In this document: positions 35,146 through 47,700 of the stretch, piece after piece
Position numbering within the stretch: position 1 is the stretch's first letter
How the letters are laid out: each line of letters begins with the position of its first letter
NCBI RefSeq assembly: GCF_040938485.1
Contig: NW_027271508.1
Coordinates: 62,001-126,000, forward strand
Origin: Diadema antillarum
Taxonomy: Eukaryota
Reading direction: 5' to 3'
DNA length: 64,000 bases
Program-made: the position numbers and the translations under genes
The notes under the pieces: generated by a model
Told to the model about the DNA's origin: nothing
The model's input: the letters and a program-made list of their open reading frames with translations, nothing else
The model's database searches: none

Positions 35146-37615
35146 CAAAACAAAACAAAACAAAAAACGGATCGACACTGTAATCGTTTTCTGGTCCAGC
35201 TGAAGGTCTGTCATGTATTTTCACAACCATGTTCTATAACAGGACCCCCAGTTCTTCAGAGAGATGTATACCTTGGCAGGCAAAGAAGGAAATATAACCT
35301 CTCTTTGCTCCTGAGCTACCCACCACTAACCAGCATCGCAGTCAAAGAAGGCCAGATGCGATGTGGAGAGCACTCGGACTACGGTGGCATCACCCTCTTA
35401 TACCAAGATGACCGAGGGGGACTAGAGGTATAGGAGGAGTTAGAAGGGGGGTAATGGTGGTGTTCAAAGGGGTGATCAGTGTTCGGGGATAAAATACTGG
35501 CGGTTATGGGTAGGGAATAACAGTAACAATAGAAGTTATCTATCAGAATGGAAGTCAGTTATGGGAAGTCTAAAGAGTAGCGGTAGAGGCTGTGAATTTT
35601 CGACAAGAGTAGGAGTTCCCAATTACGAAGTCGAGGACTATCCAGGAAAAATCAGGCCACAGAAACATAAATCATAATGTAAATTAAATTTATTGTGTGT
35701 GAATCGTATGGTTTGTGTCGATGAGTCAGTGCATTGGCATAATGCTGCTTATAGTACAGGCATCACTAACGGAATTACAGTGTCTGAAAGTTTGTGAAAG
35801 GATATAATTTTGTGTACGTGTGTGGGTATGTATGTTTGTGTTTATTAGGAAAAATGTCAAGAGCTTTCAGTGAATTGATTCTTCACGTCGTTTTAGATAC
35901 AGAATAATTATCATACAAGAAAACTATGAATAGAACAATTATTTCAGTGTAAGTACCCACTCAAAAAATCATATTAATTCTCCTCTTACCTCCAATCGCC
36001 CAGTGTGAAGAATCGTCGAGATGAGTGGATCCAGGCTCCACCTATAGAGGGCACTGTTCTGGTCAATATTGGTGACCTAATGCAAAGATGGACGTCGGAT
36101 AGGTTCATTGCCTGCGTAAGTTAGAGACGTTTTGATCTCAGCGAACAGGCACCAGCAAAATATGAACACTGTTGTATAAGAATATTGTGATGACTGAAAC
36201 AAGCCTTGTTCCTGATATCCGATGCTGCATACTAGTATACTGAGTAGTTTATGCAATTGTTACTATGGTTACGTGCGCCCGACATGCATGTTTGGGCATT
36301 CATAGTGACTGTAGCTTATTGTTATAGGTGCTTTTCAAATACATTAATTTTCAGCGTCATTTGTTGGTTTTCGTGTCGTTGTTCCCACTCAGAAACACAG
36401 GGTCAAAGCCCCGGATGATCCAATCAAACGACATCAGGAGCGGAAGTCGATTGCATTTTTCGGAAATCCCGACAGCGATGCCATCGTCGAGTGCGTGGAC
36501 GGGTCCAACAAATACCCGGCGGTCAGAGCGATTGACTACCTGAATATGAAACTACGTGAGGGGAAGATATTAAGTGATGCTCGTGCGTAGAACTATCATC
36601 CCAGAGCGCTGCCGATTAGACGTTAAAGGGGAAATTCAATGCAGTTGAAAGTTGATTTTAAAAAGGCCGGGGGGTAAAATTTTCTTGGCACAACAATGAA
36701 AAATTGATGAAAATCGGATGAAAAATAAGGAAGTTATGAAATTGTGAATTTTGTTAAAGTTTCTGGAAACACTTCTTGGACAGTCGATGTGAATATGCAA
36801 TTATGTCATCCCGTCACAACTTTCCATAAAATTTGTAAATATAAATTTTGAAATATCCCGCTTTTCATTCAAATCATACGCCAAGTCTCAAATCCTGATA
36901 TATCTAACTGATCATTATTTCATTTCATTTCATTTATTAGGTATCCACACAAATCATACAGTGTTGTGTTTAAAACATCCTTCAATGACAATGTAAAGTG
37001 ACACATACATTATAGGTTATAAGTTCAGTATTATACAAACACATTTACATACCACAAAATCAATTGAAATTATTCTCAAGGGTGCATTCATGACGGATGA
37101 ATAAAATTGAGTGTGGAGGGAACCTACACAGAAGCAGATGCTTGTAGGAGTAGGTTCCCCGAAAGAAAATCAACACAGGCTGTTACACTCTCACACACAC
37201 TCACTCTGCACGCACGCAAGTACACCTGTATATGGACAAGCGTGCGTGCACACACACACACACACACACACACGCAACGAGAGAAGAGAATGAGAAAGAG
37301 GAAGAGGAGAAATCACCAACTAGACCGTCATAGAGACATAAATGACGGTACCAGCAGCTGCATGATGAAAGAATGATGAAAGAAAAGAATAAAATAAAAC
37401 CATGTTTAGACCTATTCTGCAATCACGCCGAATGATCTATATCAGTATCTATCATTTCAAATCATCTGCTAAGTCAAATTAATTCATCTATCACCAGAAT
37501 ATTGCGAAAGAGTTTACGTTTGAAATTCACCAACCGGGAGTTCGTCGTATTTCACTATCTAAAGAATTCCATAATTTGGGGCCATTGTAAATAAAAGTAT
37601 TCTGTAATATTCGTA

Positions 37616-39780
37616 ATTGCCGAGATTTTTAACTTATACTTTTCAAAGATAGGTTCAAACTTAGCACAAACTATTACTCTAAGTGATAAATCATTTTACG
37701 AATTTCTTTCCTCACCTAACGACCACTCAATTTTTTTCAAGCCAATTGACAGGCAAGAATTGATCAAAACTGTACTTCAGCTCAAAGCAAACAAAGCCCC
37801 TGGCTATGATGACATTGGCAATGTCCTTATCAAAGACATTATACATTGTATAGCAGATCCTATATTGTTTTTATATAACCTTTCACTACAATCTGGTCAA
37901 GTACCATCTAAAATGAAACTCGCAAAGGTGACTCCAATATTCAAGAAAGGAGACAAATTATGTATCAGCAACTATCGCCCAATATCTTTGTTAACTTCGT
38001 TATCAAAAATCTTAGAGAAAATTGTTCATTCAAGGACAACTACCTTCCTTGAATCTCACAACATCATATCTGACTCCCAATTTGGCTTTAGAGAAAAACA
38101 TAACACAACTCATGCCATTCTAAGTTTAATAAATACCATATCAGCTTCAATCGAAAAATCCTGTCATACTATCGGTTTGTTCCTAGATTTTTCTAAAGCA
38201 TTCGATACTATAAATCACGACATTCTGTTATACAAACTTGCGCACTATGGTATTAGAGGTAAGGCTCTGGAATGGTTCGAAAGTTATCTTTCTGGAAGAA
38301 AGCAATTTGTTACCATTGATGGATATAATTCGTCTACGGTACCAATCACGTGTGGAGTTCCCCAAGGAAGCCTTCTTGGTCCACTGCTATTCTCTATTTA
38401 TGTAAATGACATTCGATGTTCTTCGAGTGTTCTCTCTTTTATCCTTTTTGCTGATGATTCAAACGTATTCTATACTCACAGTGATCCTAATAAGTTAGTA
38501 GAAGTTTTAAATGTAGATCTTACACATGTAACAAATTGGATAAAAGCAAATAGATTATCTTTAAATAAACAAAAAACCAATTACATGTTATTCAGTAACT
38601 CTGTTAAACAACTTCCTGACCAAGTGGTATTTGATAATTCTGTCATTAAAGAAGTCAAGACTACAAAATTTCTCGGTATTACAATTGACAATAAGCTAAC
38701 TTGGAATTGTCATATTGATAATATTTGTAAGATAGTTTCAAGAAATATTGGTATCATTAATCACGTTAAACGGATTCTCCCCAAGTCAGTGCTTCTTATG
38801 TTATATTCAACTCTTATTCTTCCTTACCTTAATTATGGCGTAATGGCATGGGGAAATGCAATACAAACTAAAATGGACAGGGTGCTTCTCTTGCAGAAAA
38901 GAGCGATGCGTTTGATATGCAGTACCGCTTATAGATCACACACTGATGTTTTGTTTAAAGAAAACCGTATTCTTAAGATTACTGATTTATATCGTCTTCA
39001 GCTGGGTTGTTTTATGTACAATGTAGAAATTAACGCTATTCCTGTTGTATTTAAGGAAATGTTTCGAAAAAATAATGTTATACATAATTACTCAACAAGG
39101 TATGCGAATGATTATCATCTTCCTAAAAATAGAACTAGTTTTGCAAACAGAAATTTCATGTTTACTGGTCCTAAGCTTTGGAATTCCTTTGATCGTTCAC
39201 TAAAACAAGCTCAGAGCTTGAATAGTTTTAAGTATAAGCTAAAAAATGTGTTTCTTGATAAGTATTAATAAACAGTTTTATGGTAACAAAACGTATGTAT
39301 ATTTAAATCAATGTTTTCTAGAAGTACTTTCATTACGTATACTCGGAAGGTTATCTTCTGTTTCATTCGTTATTCTAATGGTACACTGTATTGATGTACA
39401 CTGTCAACACTTTATACATAAACTTGTGCTTTGTAACATATACATGACTTGTTTGTATATCCATAGTACAGTTCATGTGCCCTTGTAAATAGCGTATATA
39501 TGGTGTTTTTGTTATTTCACTCAGCCTTATCTTTGATATTATTTTGTCTATAATCTGTAGGGGGACTACATTTAACAAGCAGTGCTTCTAAGTAGTCCCC
39601 TCCACATTTGTATAATTATGGTGTTATTCTATCTCAGAATATCACTATATTTTGTACATGTAATATACTCTGTATAGCTTTGATATAATGTCCACTATGT
39701 GTTATACCATGTATATTTTATCATATAATGTCTACCATGTGGAATATGAATAAATTTCATTTCATTTCATTTCATTTCAT
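37616..39780 (+). mobile_element. 5'-truncated non-LTR retrotransposon (CR1/L2-group) with intact RT C-terminal ORF
   Basis: Frame is open from ~37616 (IAEIFNLYFSKIGSNLA) to the stop at 39268, with LDFSKAFDTINH, GVPQGSLLGPLLF and FADD. The 3' UTR has a GGGGACTAC...GTAGTCCCC stem-loop, then AATAAA and a (TTTCA)n tail. Confidence 0.92.
37760..39268 (+). CDS. Reverse transcriptase domain ORF of the LINE (N-terminally truncated, no endonuclease domain)
   Basis: 502-aa ORF in the track with RT motifs KGDK..ISNYRPISLL, QFGFR, DFSKAFD, PQGSLLGP, FADD and KFLGITIDNKLTW. Confidence 0.9.
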   Translation: MIKTVLQLKANKAPGYDDIGNVLIKDIIHCIADPILFLYNLSLQSGQVPSKMKLAKVTPIFKKGDKLCISNYRPISLLTSLSKILEKIVHSRTTTFLESHNIISDSQFGFREKHNTTHAILSLINTISASIEKSCHTIGLFLDFSKAFDTINHDILLYKLAHYGIRGKALEWFESYLSGRKQFVTIDGYNSSTVPITCGVPQGSLLGPLLFSIYVNDIRCSSSVLSFILFADDSNVFYTHSDPNKLVEVLNVDLTHVTNWIKANRLSLNKQKTNYMLFSNSVKQLPDQVVFDNSVIKEVKTTKFLGITIDNKLTWNCHIDNICKIVSRNIGIINHVKRILPKSVLLMLYSTLILPYLNYGVMAWGNAIQTKMDRVLLLQKRAMRLICSTAYRSHTDVLFKENRILKITDLYRLQLGCFMYNVEINAIPVVFKEMFRKNNVIHNYSTRYANDYHLPKNRTSFANRNFMFTGPKLWNSFDRSLKQAQSLNSFKYKLKNVFLDKY

Positions 39781-39979
39781 CTAGTTTTCGGTATATGAAA
39801 CATCACTCTGTCGTGTTATTCTGAAGTTGTTCAACCAGGGCACCGTTTTGTGTTATAAGCTACTGAAATCCTTGCATCTGATTGTATGAGAGCAAACTTG
39901 TCATGGAAATGTGGCAGTTGTTACTGCTAACAAGTTTCATGAAACTTGACTCAGGAATAACATCACGTTTTACGCTTAA

Positions 39980-41020
39980 AGGCCGTCTCACACCGTTCCG
40001 GGCAAGCCTTGCGTGCGACTTGCGAAGAACACTTTTTGCTACCCGGAGATACCTGCAGATGACCCGCACATGACATTACCTAGCACGTACCTCACATTTA
40101 GTTACCCGGAGTTGCGCACGCAAATCCTCTGTACCCGCAGCCAAGTTTTGGCCCTGTCACATCTTTCCGGACAAGATACGCGTGTGGGGATTTTCGATCA
40201 CGGAGGACAATTTTTGCAGGCGGACAAGGATTTGGGCGAGTTTCGCATGTGTCGAACCTGCTGGACACGTGCTAATACTTACTTTCTACTTACGTTCATT
40301 CGGTTTGACCTGCGTGTAGCCGCGTGGGTGGCGAGTGAGGGCTGACAACTCGGTGAAGGAATTCCTCTGAAGGAATTTGATATGGCAGATGTCCCACAGA
40401 ATGTCATGCAGATGACATGCGTTTCCGGCGCAAAAGCATAGATCCACGGGCAACTTACGTACTTCCCCACAAGCGGGTCAACATGCCTGTGGCTTGCGGC
40501 AGCTACGGGCCTCCTGCTGGTGTTCTGCTTGGACCTCTGCAGTCAATCCCCGCGACTCACCCGGAAATGTTTTGGTCATGCTCAAAACTTGGCTGCGGAT
40601 AAATCGGACTTGCGTGCGCACCTCCGGGCAACTGCGGGCGAGATAAGCACTATATGTACTGTCAGGTGCGGGCCAACTGCTGGGAGGTCCGGGTAGCAAA
40701 GTTTTTTCCTCTTAAATCAATGCTTTCCCAGGCAATGCCTTGAGCATGCTCAAAACTCGTTCCGGGTGAGTCGCGGGGGTTTTCCCCGCAGAAATACACG
40801 TACAACGCCAGTAGGAGGCCCTCAGTGGCAGCACCTTGCAGGCAACTCATACGAGGGTACTTCGCAGCTGAAACGCAGGTACTTCGCAGCCCCCGTATGT
40901 CGCTCGTAACTGAAAATGGATCGATTTGAAGCTCTCACGTAGGTCACACGGAATACACGCAAGTAACAGGTAAGTAGCACGCGTCTAGCAGGTAAGACGC
41001 AAGTACGGAACTCGCCAACA
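39980..41020. mobile_element. GC-rich non-autonomous DNA element, Harbinger-like left end, right end not found
   Basis: TAA|AGGCCGTCTCACACC start. Internal ~50-bp inverted repeats at 40101-40150 and 40581-40632, with further copies of CCCGG/CCCGCAG motifs. Confidence 0.4.
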
Positions 41021-42220
41021 TCCCTTGAAAAATTGAGAGGAATGACATTATCAACTCATTCATTTGCATATTCATTTCAACTGTACGAAAACTGTTCTGC
41101 AGAATTCCTCAATTTCAGAACTTCCTTATTTTTCATTCAATTTTGATCCAATTTTCACTGTTGTACTCATAATATTCTACTCTGTATAGCTGGACTGGAA
41201 TTCCTCTTTAATGACTGGTCCCAAACCCAGTAACTGGAAAAACAGTCCAGGATTAAGGAGTCCAGGGCTCCGTGAAGAAACTTACCTGCATTAAGATAAC
41301 TTTTCAGGTAAAGGTACATGCCAATGTTATTGTAGATTTTGTAATTATGTGATTGTGATGATTAGCAGATGATTAGTACATAGAGGAAATTAAACAGGAT
41401 CTAATCTTCCTTTCGAAGACTACCATCTCTAAAGTTAGCAACGAAATTGTACTCGGTGATATTATCCAGGCACTTCTAGGTACTCGTTATGTGTAAACCT
41501 CGGCAAAGAGAGACATTGTTTTATACATGTACAGTGTACTATTTTTGTCAAACATCCTGTCTACGGATGTTCCTTCTGCGAGAGTCTATAGTTGTGCGGT
41601 CTGTTGTCCTTTACAGGCCTAAAGCCTATTGGCCCTACTAAGAGCTTACTATGACGCCCTTGATACAGAATGGAATGATTTGACTGAACAGGAAGCACAT
41701 TTTATTTGTAGTTCAAATTGTTTCACGAGTCTGACGTCTGATGTTGGTCTATTGTGTCTTCAAAGGCACAGCAACAGCAGAAACAGCAACAAAATCAGTA
41801 TTGCTTTGAAATGCAGCACAACTCTTTTTAGATTTAAATGCTTATTGAAAGGCTTTTTTGTTGAATAGTTTGTTCATGACTTTGTAGGCAATGTTCTATT
41901 TTATGTATCCTGTAAGTGTCTTCTATCCTTATGTATACTGCATGAGTGTGTATATGTGTGCGTTGTGTGTTTGTGAGTGTATGTAATAAGTGTACATGTA
42001 TCACTGTGATGATGTCTAGTTTATCTACTTGACTTCACACACAATTATTTGTAATCCATATTATTTTATCGTAAAGACTAGTACTTCGTGCATAAGCATC
42101 GTAATACAAGCTCAAGATGCTTTCAAGGCTGCCTGCTCTTATTGTATAAACGCCACTACGACAAGTGTAATTTGTGTTTTATTTTGCCGAATAAATTACC
42201 TACATTGGCCTCAATTAATT

Positions 42221-42257
<37 letters not shown>

Positions 42258-43640
42258 ATTACGATAGTGATACCATCTCCCCATAACTCTCATCATTGGT
42301 TTGTACATTGTCGCAGTGACGTGCCAAATCATTTCAGATAATAATTTAGCAGCATGCTGCCTCTTTTGAAATAGACACCGTTCGTGTTTTATTATCGCAG
42401 CTCTACAAAATTAGATGTTCAAGATCAATGTTTTTCATGCTAATTCATGATAAACAAGGATGTTGGTGTAGATATGAGTGTTTAATGGCAGACGAGAGGG
42501 GTCATGAAGAATTAAGATCGTTGTGCATGTACGACACGTGATATTAAGATGTGACTAAGAATATCGGTGTTGTTTGAAAACGCGTTAATTTCTGATACAC
42601 GTGTATTCCATAAACTATCGTACTCTGTGTGTGTTTGCAAAGAGACTAGGCCCTATAACTTTGTTTTTCCCGTTGTATAATCTTTCGATATCGATAAAGA
42701 AGAGTCATTGGTACATTGTCTGATATTGATACTTGTAATCTGCTGAGATATTTTTGAACAATAAATTCATTCCTTGAAGTAATGCACCTGTTGTAAATCA
42801 TGCTTATAGATCTTGTGTATTTTTGCTCTCTTGTAGGCAAGTCAAATCCAGAGGTAGACGGTGGTAATAAGAGAAGAAAAAAAAATCCTCGATCGTTTGG
42901 CTCTCCGTAAGAATATTGATAGTATTGATCGCGGACCCAACAGTGGTGCTTACAAACCAAACACAATGGATGAAACCGTCTTGTATATTTCCGAACACAC
43001 CATGTGTATAAGCACTAGATACACAGGGAAAGCACACGTTCCATGTGCCAGCTATCAGTATCATAATATGAAACCGGAGTGCTTTATTTCACTCTCCAGA
43101 TATTAACTTTCGGTTACCCCAACCACTCATCCTTCGATCAATCATCCTAAAATACAATTAACCTGATCGAACCGAGTGTACACGTTTTGTATGTTCGCTT
43201 GGTGTTCTTTGATTTTTGTTTTCCAGTCATTCACCCAATTAAAACAGAGGAAAGCGTAAACACCAGATGGTGGGAAGGAGACTCGTTTTCTTCCACGTAT
43301 ACGAGGCACCTATATTAGTTCCTGGGTACCGAACTCCTCTCTAATCCTACACTATTCGCAGTCGTCCAACTGTATGCCTGGTAACACAATACATCATGTG
43401 CTAGGTTTTAGCACACGAAGTTTTATGTACTGTCTGAACACGTAGCTGAGATATCAAATCACGTCGTTCTTGACCTCTGGTATGAGCTGGCTCGAATAGA
43501 CCAAGTTCATTGACATCACTTCTAGACGTTGCTGAAGACCTTTAGTAAACAAAACTTCACGACTGCATGCAGCAGCTGTCCTCTCTATTTACAATAACAT
43601 TGGGGTACCTTGATCAGCACGCACGTGTGAGCGTGTCAAA

Positions 43641-44708
43641 ATGGCGGATTCTGTACCAGTGATCGACTTTTCAGCATACAGCATTGACCGGGAATCTCCT
43701 GACCCTGCTCGGATCCAAGAACTCGTGGACGACGTCTACTCAGCCCTGACTACCATTGGATTCATGTATTTGAAAAATCATGGAATACCGCAGAAAAAGG
43801 TTGGCAACATATTGAAATTGGAGAGAGAAAGAGAGGGGGCTGGGGCTTGAAAAAGAGGGAATGAGAGAACGCATTGTGCCGCACGACATAATTTATGTAC
43901 ATGTACTATGGACGTATTGTACTTGTATATATTTGAGGTATAAAGGGTTTCGAAGATTGACAATGAAATATTTTGCTTACAATAAACCTGATATAAAAGG
44001 CTCATAGCTGAGCATTACAGTCATGATTTACGACATGCACACAGCTATTGCCGCCACATAGTACGATATGTAAAGCAGTCATGCTAAACAACGTGGACTT
44101 TGGAACTAAGTTTAGGGTATATCATTATGATCATGTGGAAAAGAACTCGGAAACGAGAGCTGATTAAATTCATGTGCAACGATCATGGTAGAGTCACTTG
44201 TGACGCTCTACGCTGCCAAATCCACCACTCCTGCTAGAGCATCACGTACTTATGATATTACCGTATTTATCGGTTTGTGGAATCTGTGAAAAACATAACA
44301 AAACAAAACAAAACAAAACAAAATACAGAGACAAGAAGCAATGTTCGCCCTCGTGACACCTGCAATAACAGCTGCAGGACTCGTCATCTCACTCAGTTTC
44401 TCAAGTTGAGGGCATGTTTTCGGCTATTAAATTGAGTGCACCAGATCACAGCGCTATTTTATTCTATAGAATTTTGAAAAGACTTGCCCTTGACTCGTAA
44501 ATCTCAAAACTTCAGATATTTACCACTTAGCATATCCAACCGTCCCTCTTAAGTGTTACTGTTGTTTGCCCGAACAAATTTTTGTCATTAATCGCCGAGA
44601 TTATTTCTACTTTAATAATCTCTGGCAATAAATTTGCGAAATTACATCGAGTGCAATGATGGCATTCGTCAACCTCCTGAAGCGGGTTTATGTGCGTCTT
44701 CTCCGTTA

Positions 44709-44754
<46 letters not shown>

Positions 44755-47700
44755 GTTATTATTATGATGATGATTATTATTATTATCATTATTATTACTT
44801 TGTTATCTCAGTCAAATTAATTAATTTCGATCTGTCAGATAGACGATGTCTTCCATACTGCCAAACAATTTCTGTCACTATCGGCGGAGGCCAAGCGAGC
44901 GTACGTGCGACCAGCGGATGACAAGTATGGCTATTTCGAGATGGAGCGAGAACGGTATGTTGTGGATCACAGCTTTCAGGCCTGTCCTGGATAATTTTCC
45001 CTCAACACTCTGAAAGCTATATTGTTTACCAGCGGGAGCAATGATTTGAAGAAAAAAAAAATTTGTTCGAGTTTTCACATTTGATGCATATGCGTGTAGG
45101 TCAGTTGTATCACGAAGCATCCTACGGAACCGTATAGGAAATTCACAATAGAGCCTAAAATATAAGGAGATATCACTTCCTCAATATTTTCTCTGAATGA
45201 ACTGTGTAGACGGTTTATTCTAGAAATAATTTTCTTGTATGAATTGTTCACATTTTGTATATTATGCAATACTTAACATTGATTGCTGATTAACATTTTA
45301 CATTAGTTGCTTCTATCCCTAGTGTCAATTTTAGAACTATTTTGAGGCACAAAAGCTGGGTTTTTGTTTCATCTGCTAATGGTAAATAATGTTTTTAATC
45401 CATCAACCAACTATAGTGTTTCTTTTCTTTTCATTTTCTTTGTTTGTTTGGACTTTCATGGAAAAACTTTTCATGGACATTTTTCGCGTTTCTAGATTGA
45501 TTGATTTTCTGGATGAGAAATAACCAGAGAATATTGATCTAACGTTGACAAGTAGCCATAGTAGGAAAATTGTGATAGATATACGAGCTGGTGTAGACCA
45601 GTGACATTGCTTTTCTTTATTTCTTTATTTTTGCGTCATTACTGTTGTGATAACATTTCTGCTCTATAGTTACTGATTTCGACGAACCAAACAAAAGAGA
45701 GATTAATAGATAAAAAGACATCTATCACGATACGAATTCCTGCACTGATTCCAGCAATTCTAGAATCAGTATGTGTATGGTCCTTTGCTGATGCTTTGAT
45801 AATGAGTTTGTTGTTTTGTGAGTGCACTGTGTGCTATTGCTTCACAGGGCACTGCCCTACAGACAAACAAACAAACACAAACTTCTGATGATATCAACGT
45901 ACTAGTTGGGATGGCGCTTTCGTGAAGTTGTTTCAAAAGTCAAAACCACTCGCATGTTAGATTTATATACCTGTTTGTTTGTTGGGTTTTTTTTGGGGGG
46001 GTGCAATTGAAATAAATACCTTATTTATGTCAGGAAGAAATTTATATCAAACTGTTAGCGTTTTCGTCACAAAATTGAAATGTCAGCTGCATGAATAATA
46101 ATTTGTAACAAAATTAATGCTTGACAAACAGTGACTCGAATTATTTGACGAGCGCTTCCCTTCAACGCAGAGGGCGCTGAGCCATAAAACATTAAAGGAC
46201 AAGTCCACCTTCATATACATAAGGATTGAGAGAATGCAGCAATATTAGTAGAACACATCAGTGAAAGTTTGAGGAAAATTGGACAATCCGTTCAAAAGTT
46301 ACAAATATTTTAAGTATCTGCGCAGTCACTGCTGGAAGAGAAGACTACTACAGTGTATGATGTCACATGCGTACAACTATACAAGGAAAATAAAAAGAGA
46401 ATTTCACAAAACTTTACTTTTTTAATAAAGTGCACATTTCTTTGACTTGCTACTGACGTATGTTAAGGGTAATATTATTCCCCCTGCCTTCTGAAAGAGA
46501 GAAGTCGAGTGTTCTTTTGTTATGCGAGAAAAATGGAAATATGTTGAATTTTCTTTATTCTTTCTTTATATCGTTGTACTCATGTGACATCACAAGCTAT
46601 AGTAGTCTTTTCATCCAGCCGTGACTGAGCAGAAACTTTAAAAATTCATAACTTTTCAACGGATTGTCCGATTTTGCTCAAACTCTCACTGATGTGTTCT
46701 ACTAATATTGCTGCATTCACTCAACCCACATGTCTATGAAGGTGAACTTGTCCTTTAATCATGAAATGGTGCACTGCTTCAATTTTGGTATGAACGTGAA
46801 TACTGCACATGACTGTGATAATGTAAGTCTGAAAGCGTTTCGAGCACTTTGAAGTTTGAAATTCCTGTATGGAAAAGAGATGACTTTCTTGTATCTGCAG
46901 TGATTGAGAAATTTTGATATGTTAATTGCACTACGCAAATGAAGTTTGTTTAATTTTATTCATTTGCTTTCCATCCAACATTTGATATCAAACTATCAAA
47001 GTGTTTCTTTCATCTTGGCACCAGACTTAATCCAGCCAGACCTTTCAACGACCTGAAAGAGACATTCAACTACTGCCCTTCAACTTCCAGTGATGTAAGC
47101 CATAATGACAGTCGTTTGCGTTTTGTAGAGCTGGGAGATGATGAGGGTGGTGAATACGATACCCGTATTTGACTTCAAATGCCTATAACAGTATCTATGC
47201 GAGGACCCCCTTTCATATGCTATTGTTGCCATTACCAAACATAATTGCAAAAATTCAACGACTGCAGTTAGTCACAAAGGAAAGTGTAATTGTATTTTTA
47301 CTTATGATGTTTTGATAATAATGTTTTGTTAAACTTCTGTCACACTTTTTGTCCATGGGTTCATTACGATTTAATGCTAATATTGAGATTGGTGCTAATG
47401 ATTATTCAGATAATCCATGATGATCTACAGTACGCGAGTTGGAGAGTTAATGGCACTGGCATTGACTCTCTTTCTATATTTATTTTCTACATTTCTACAG
47501 TTCGATAAGATGGAGTTTTAATTCTAAAAATCATTTATTCCATTCTAATTTCACTTGATCGAGGAGAAAGCAATAACTTTAAAGAAAGTGAAGACGATTC
47601 CACGCACTACTGTCTCTTTCCCTCAACTCATGTTCCGTTTTTGACACCAGGTGTTAACAACACAGTCCCATTTCCTCTCTTGGCTGATGCTAGATATTTC

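Larger units (their letters stand above)
30741..36590 (+). pseudogene. 2OG/Fe(II) dioxygenase paralog 2, with two frame-disrupting lesions as assembled
   Basis: Exons 30741-30899, 31482-31597, 32782-32851, 34141-34254, 35243-35427 (185 nt instead of 186, giving TGA at 35312-35314), 36004-36115 (112 nt instead of 111, extra T after the CAG acceptor) and 36393-36590. The HSD, KHRV and RKSIAFF motifs are still present. Confidence 0.8.
36627..41207. mobile_element. Kolobok-like MITE ends (36627-~37100 and ~41020-41207) bracketing later insertions
   Basis: TTAA|AGGGGAAATTCA...ATGAAAAATAAGGAAGTTATGAAATT on the left and the inverted AATTTCAGAACTTCCTTATTTTTCAT...TGGAATTCCTCT|TTAA on the right. These could be one split copy or two truncated copies. 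Confidence 0.4.
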
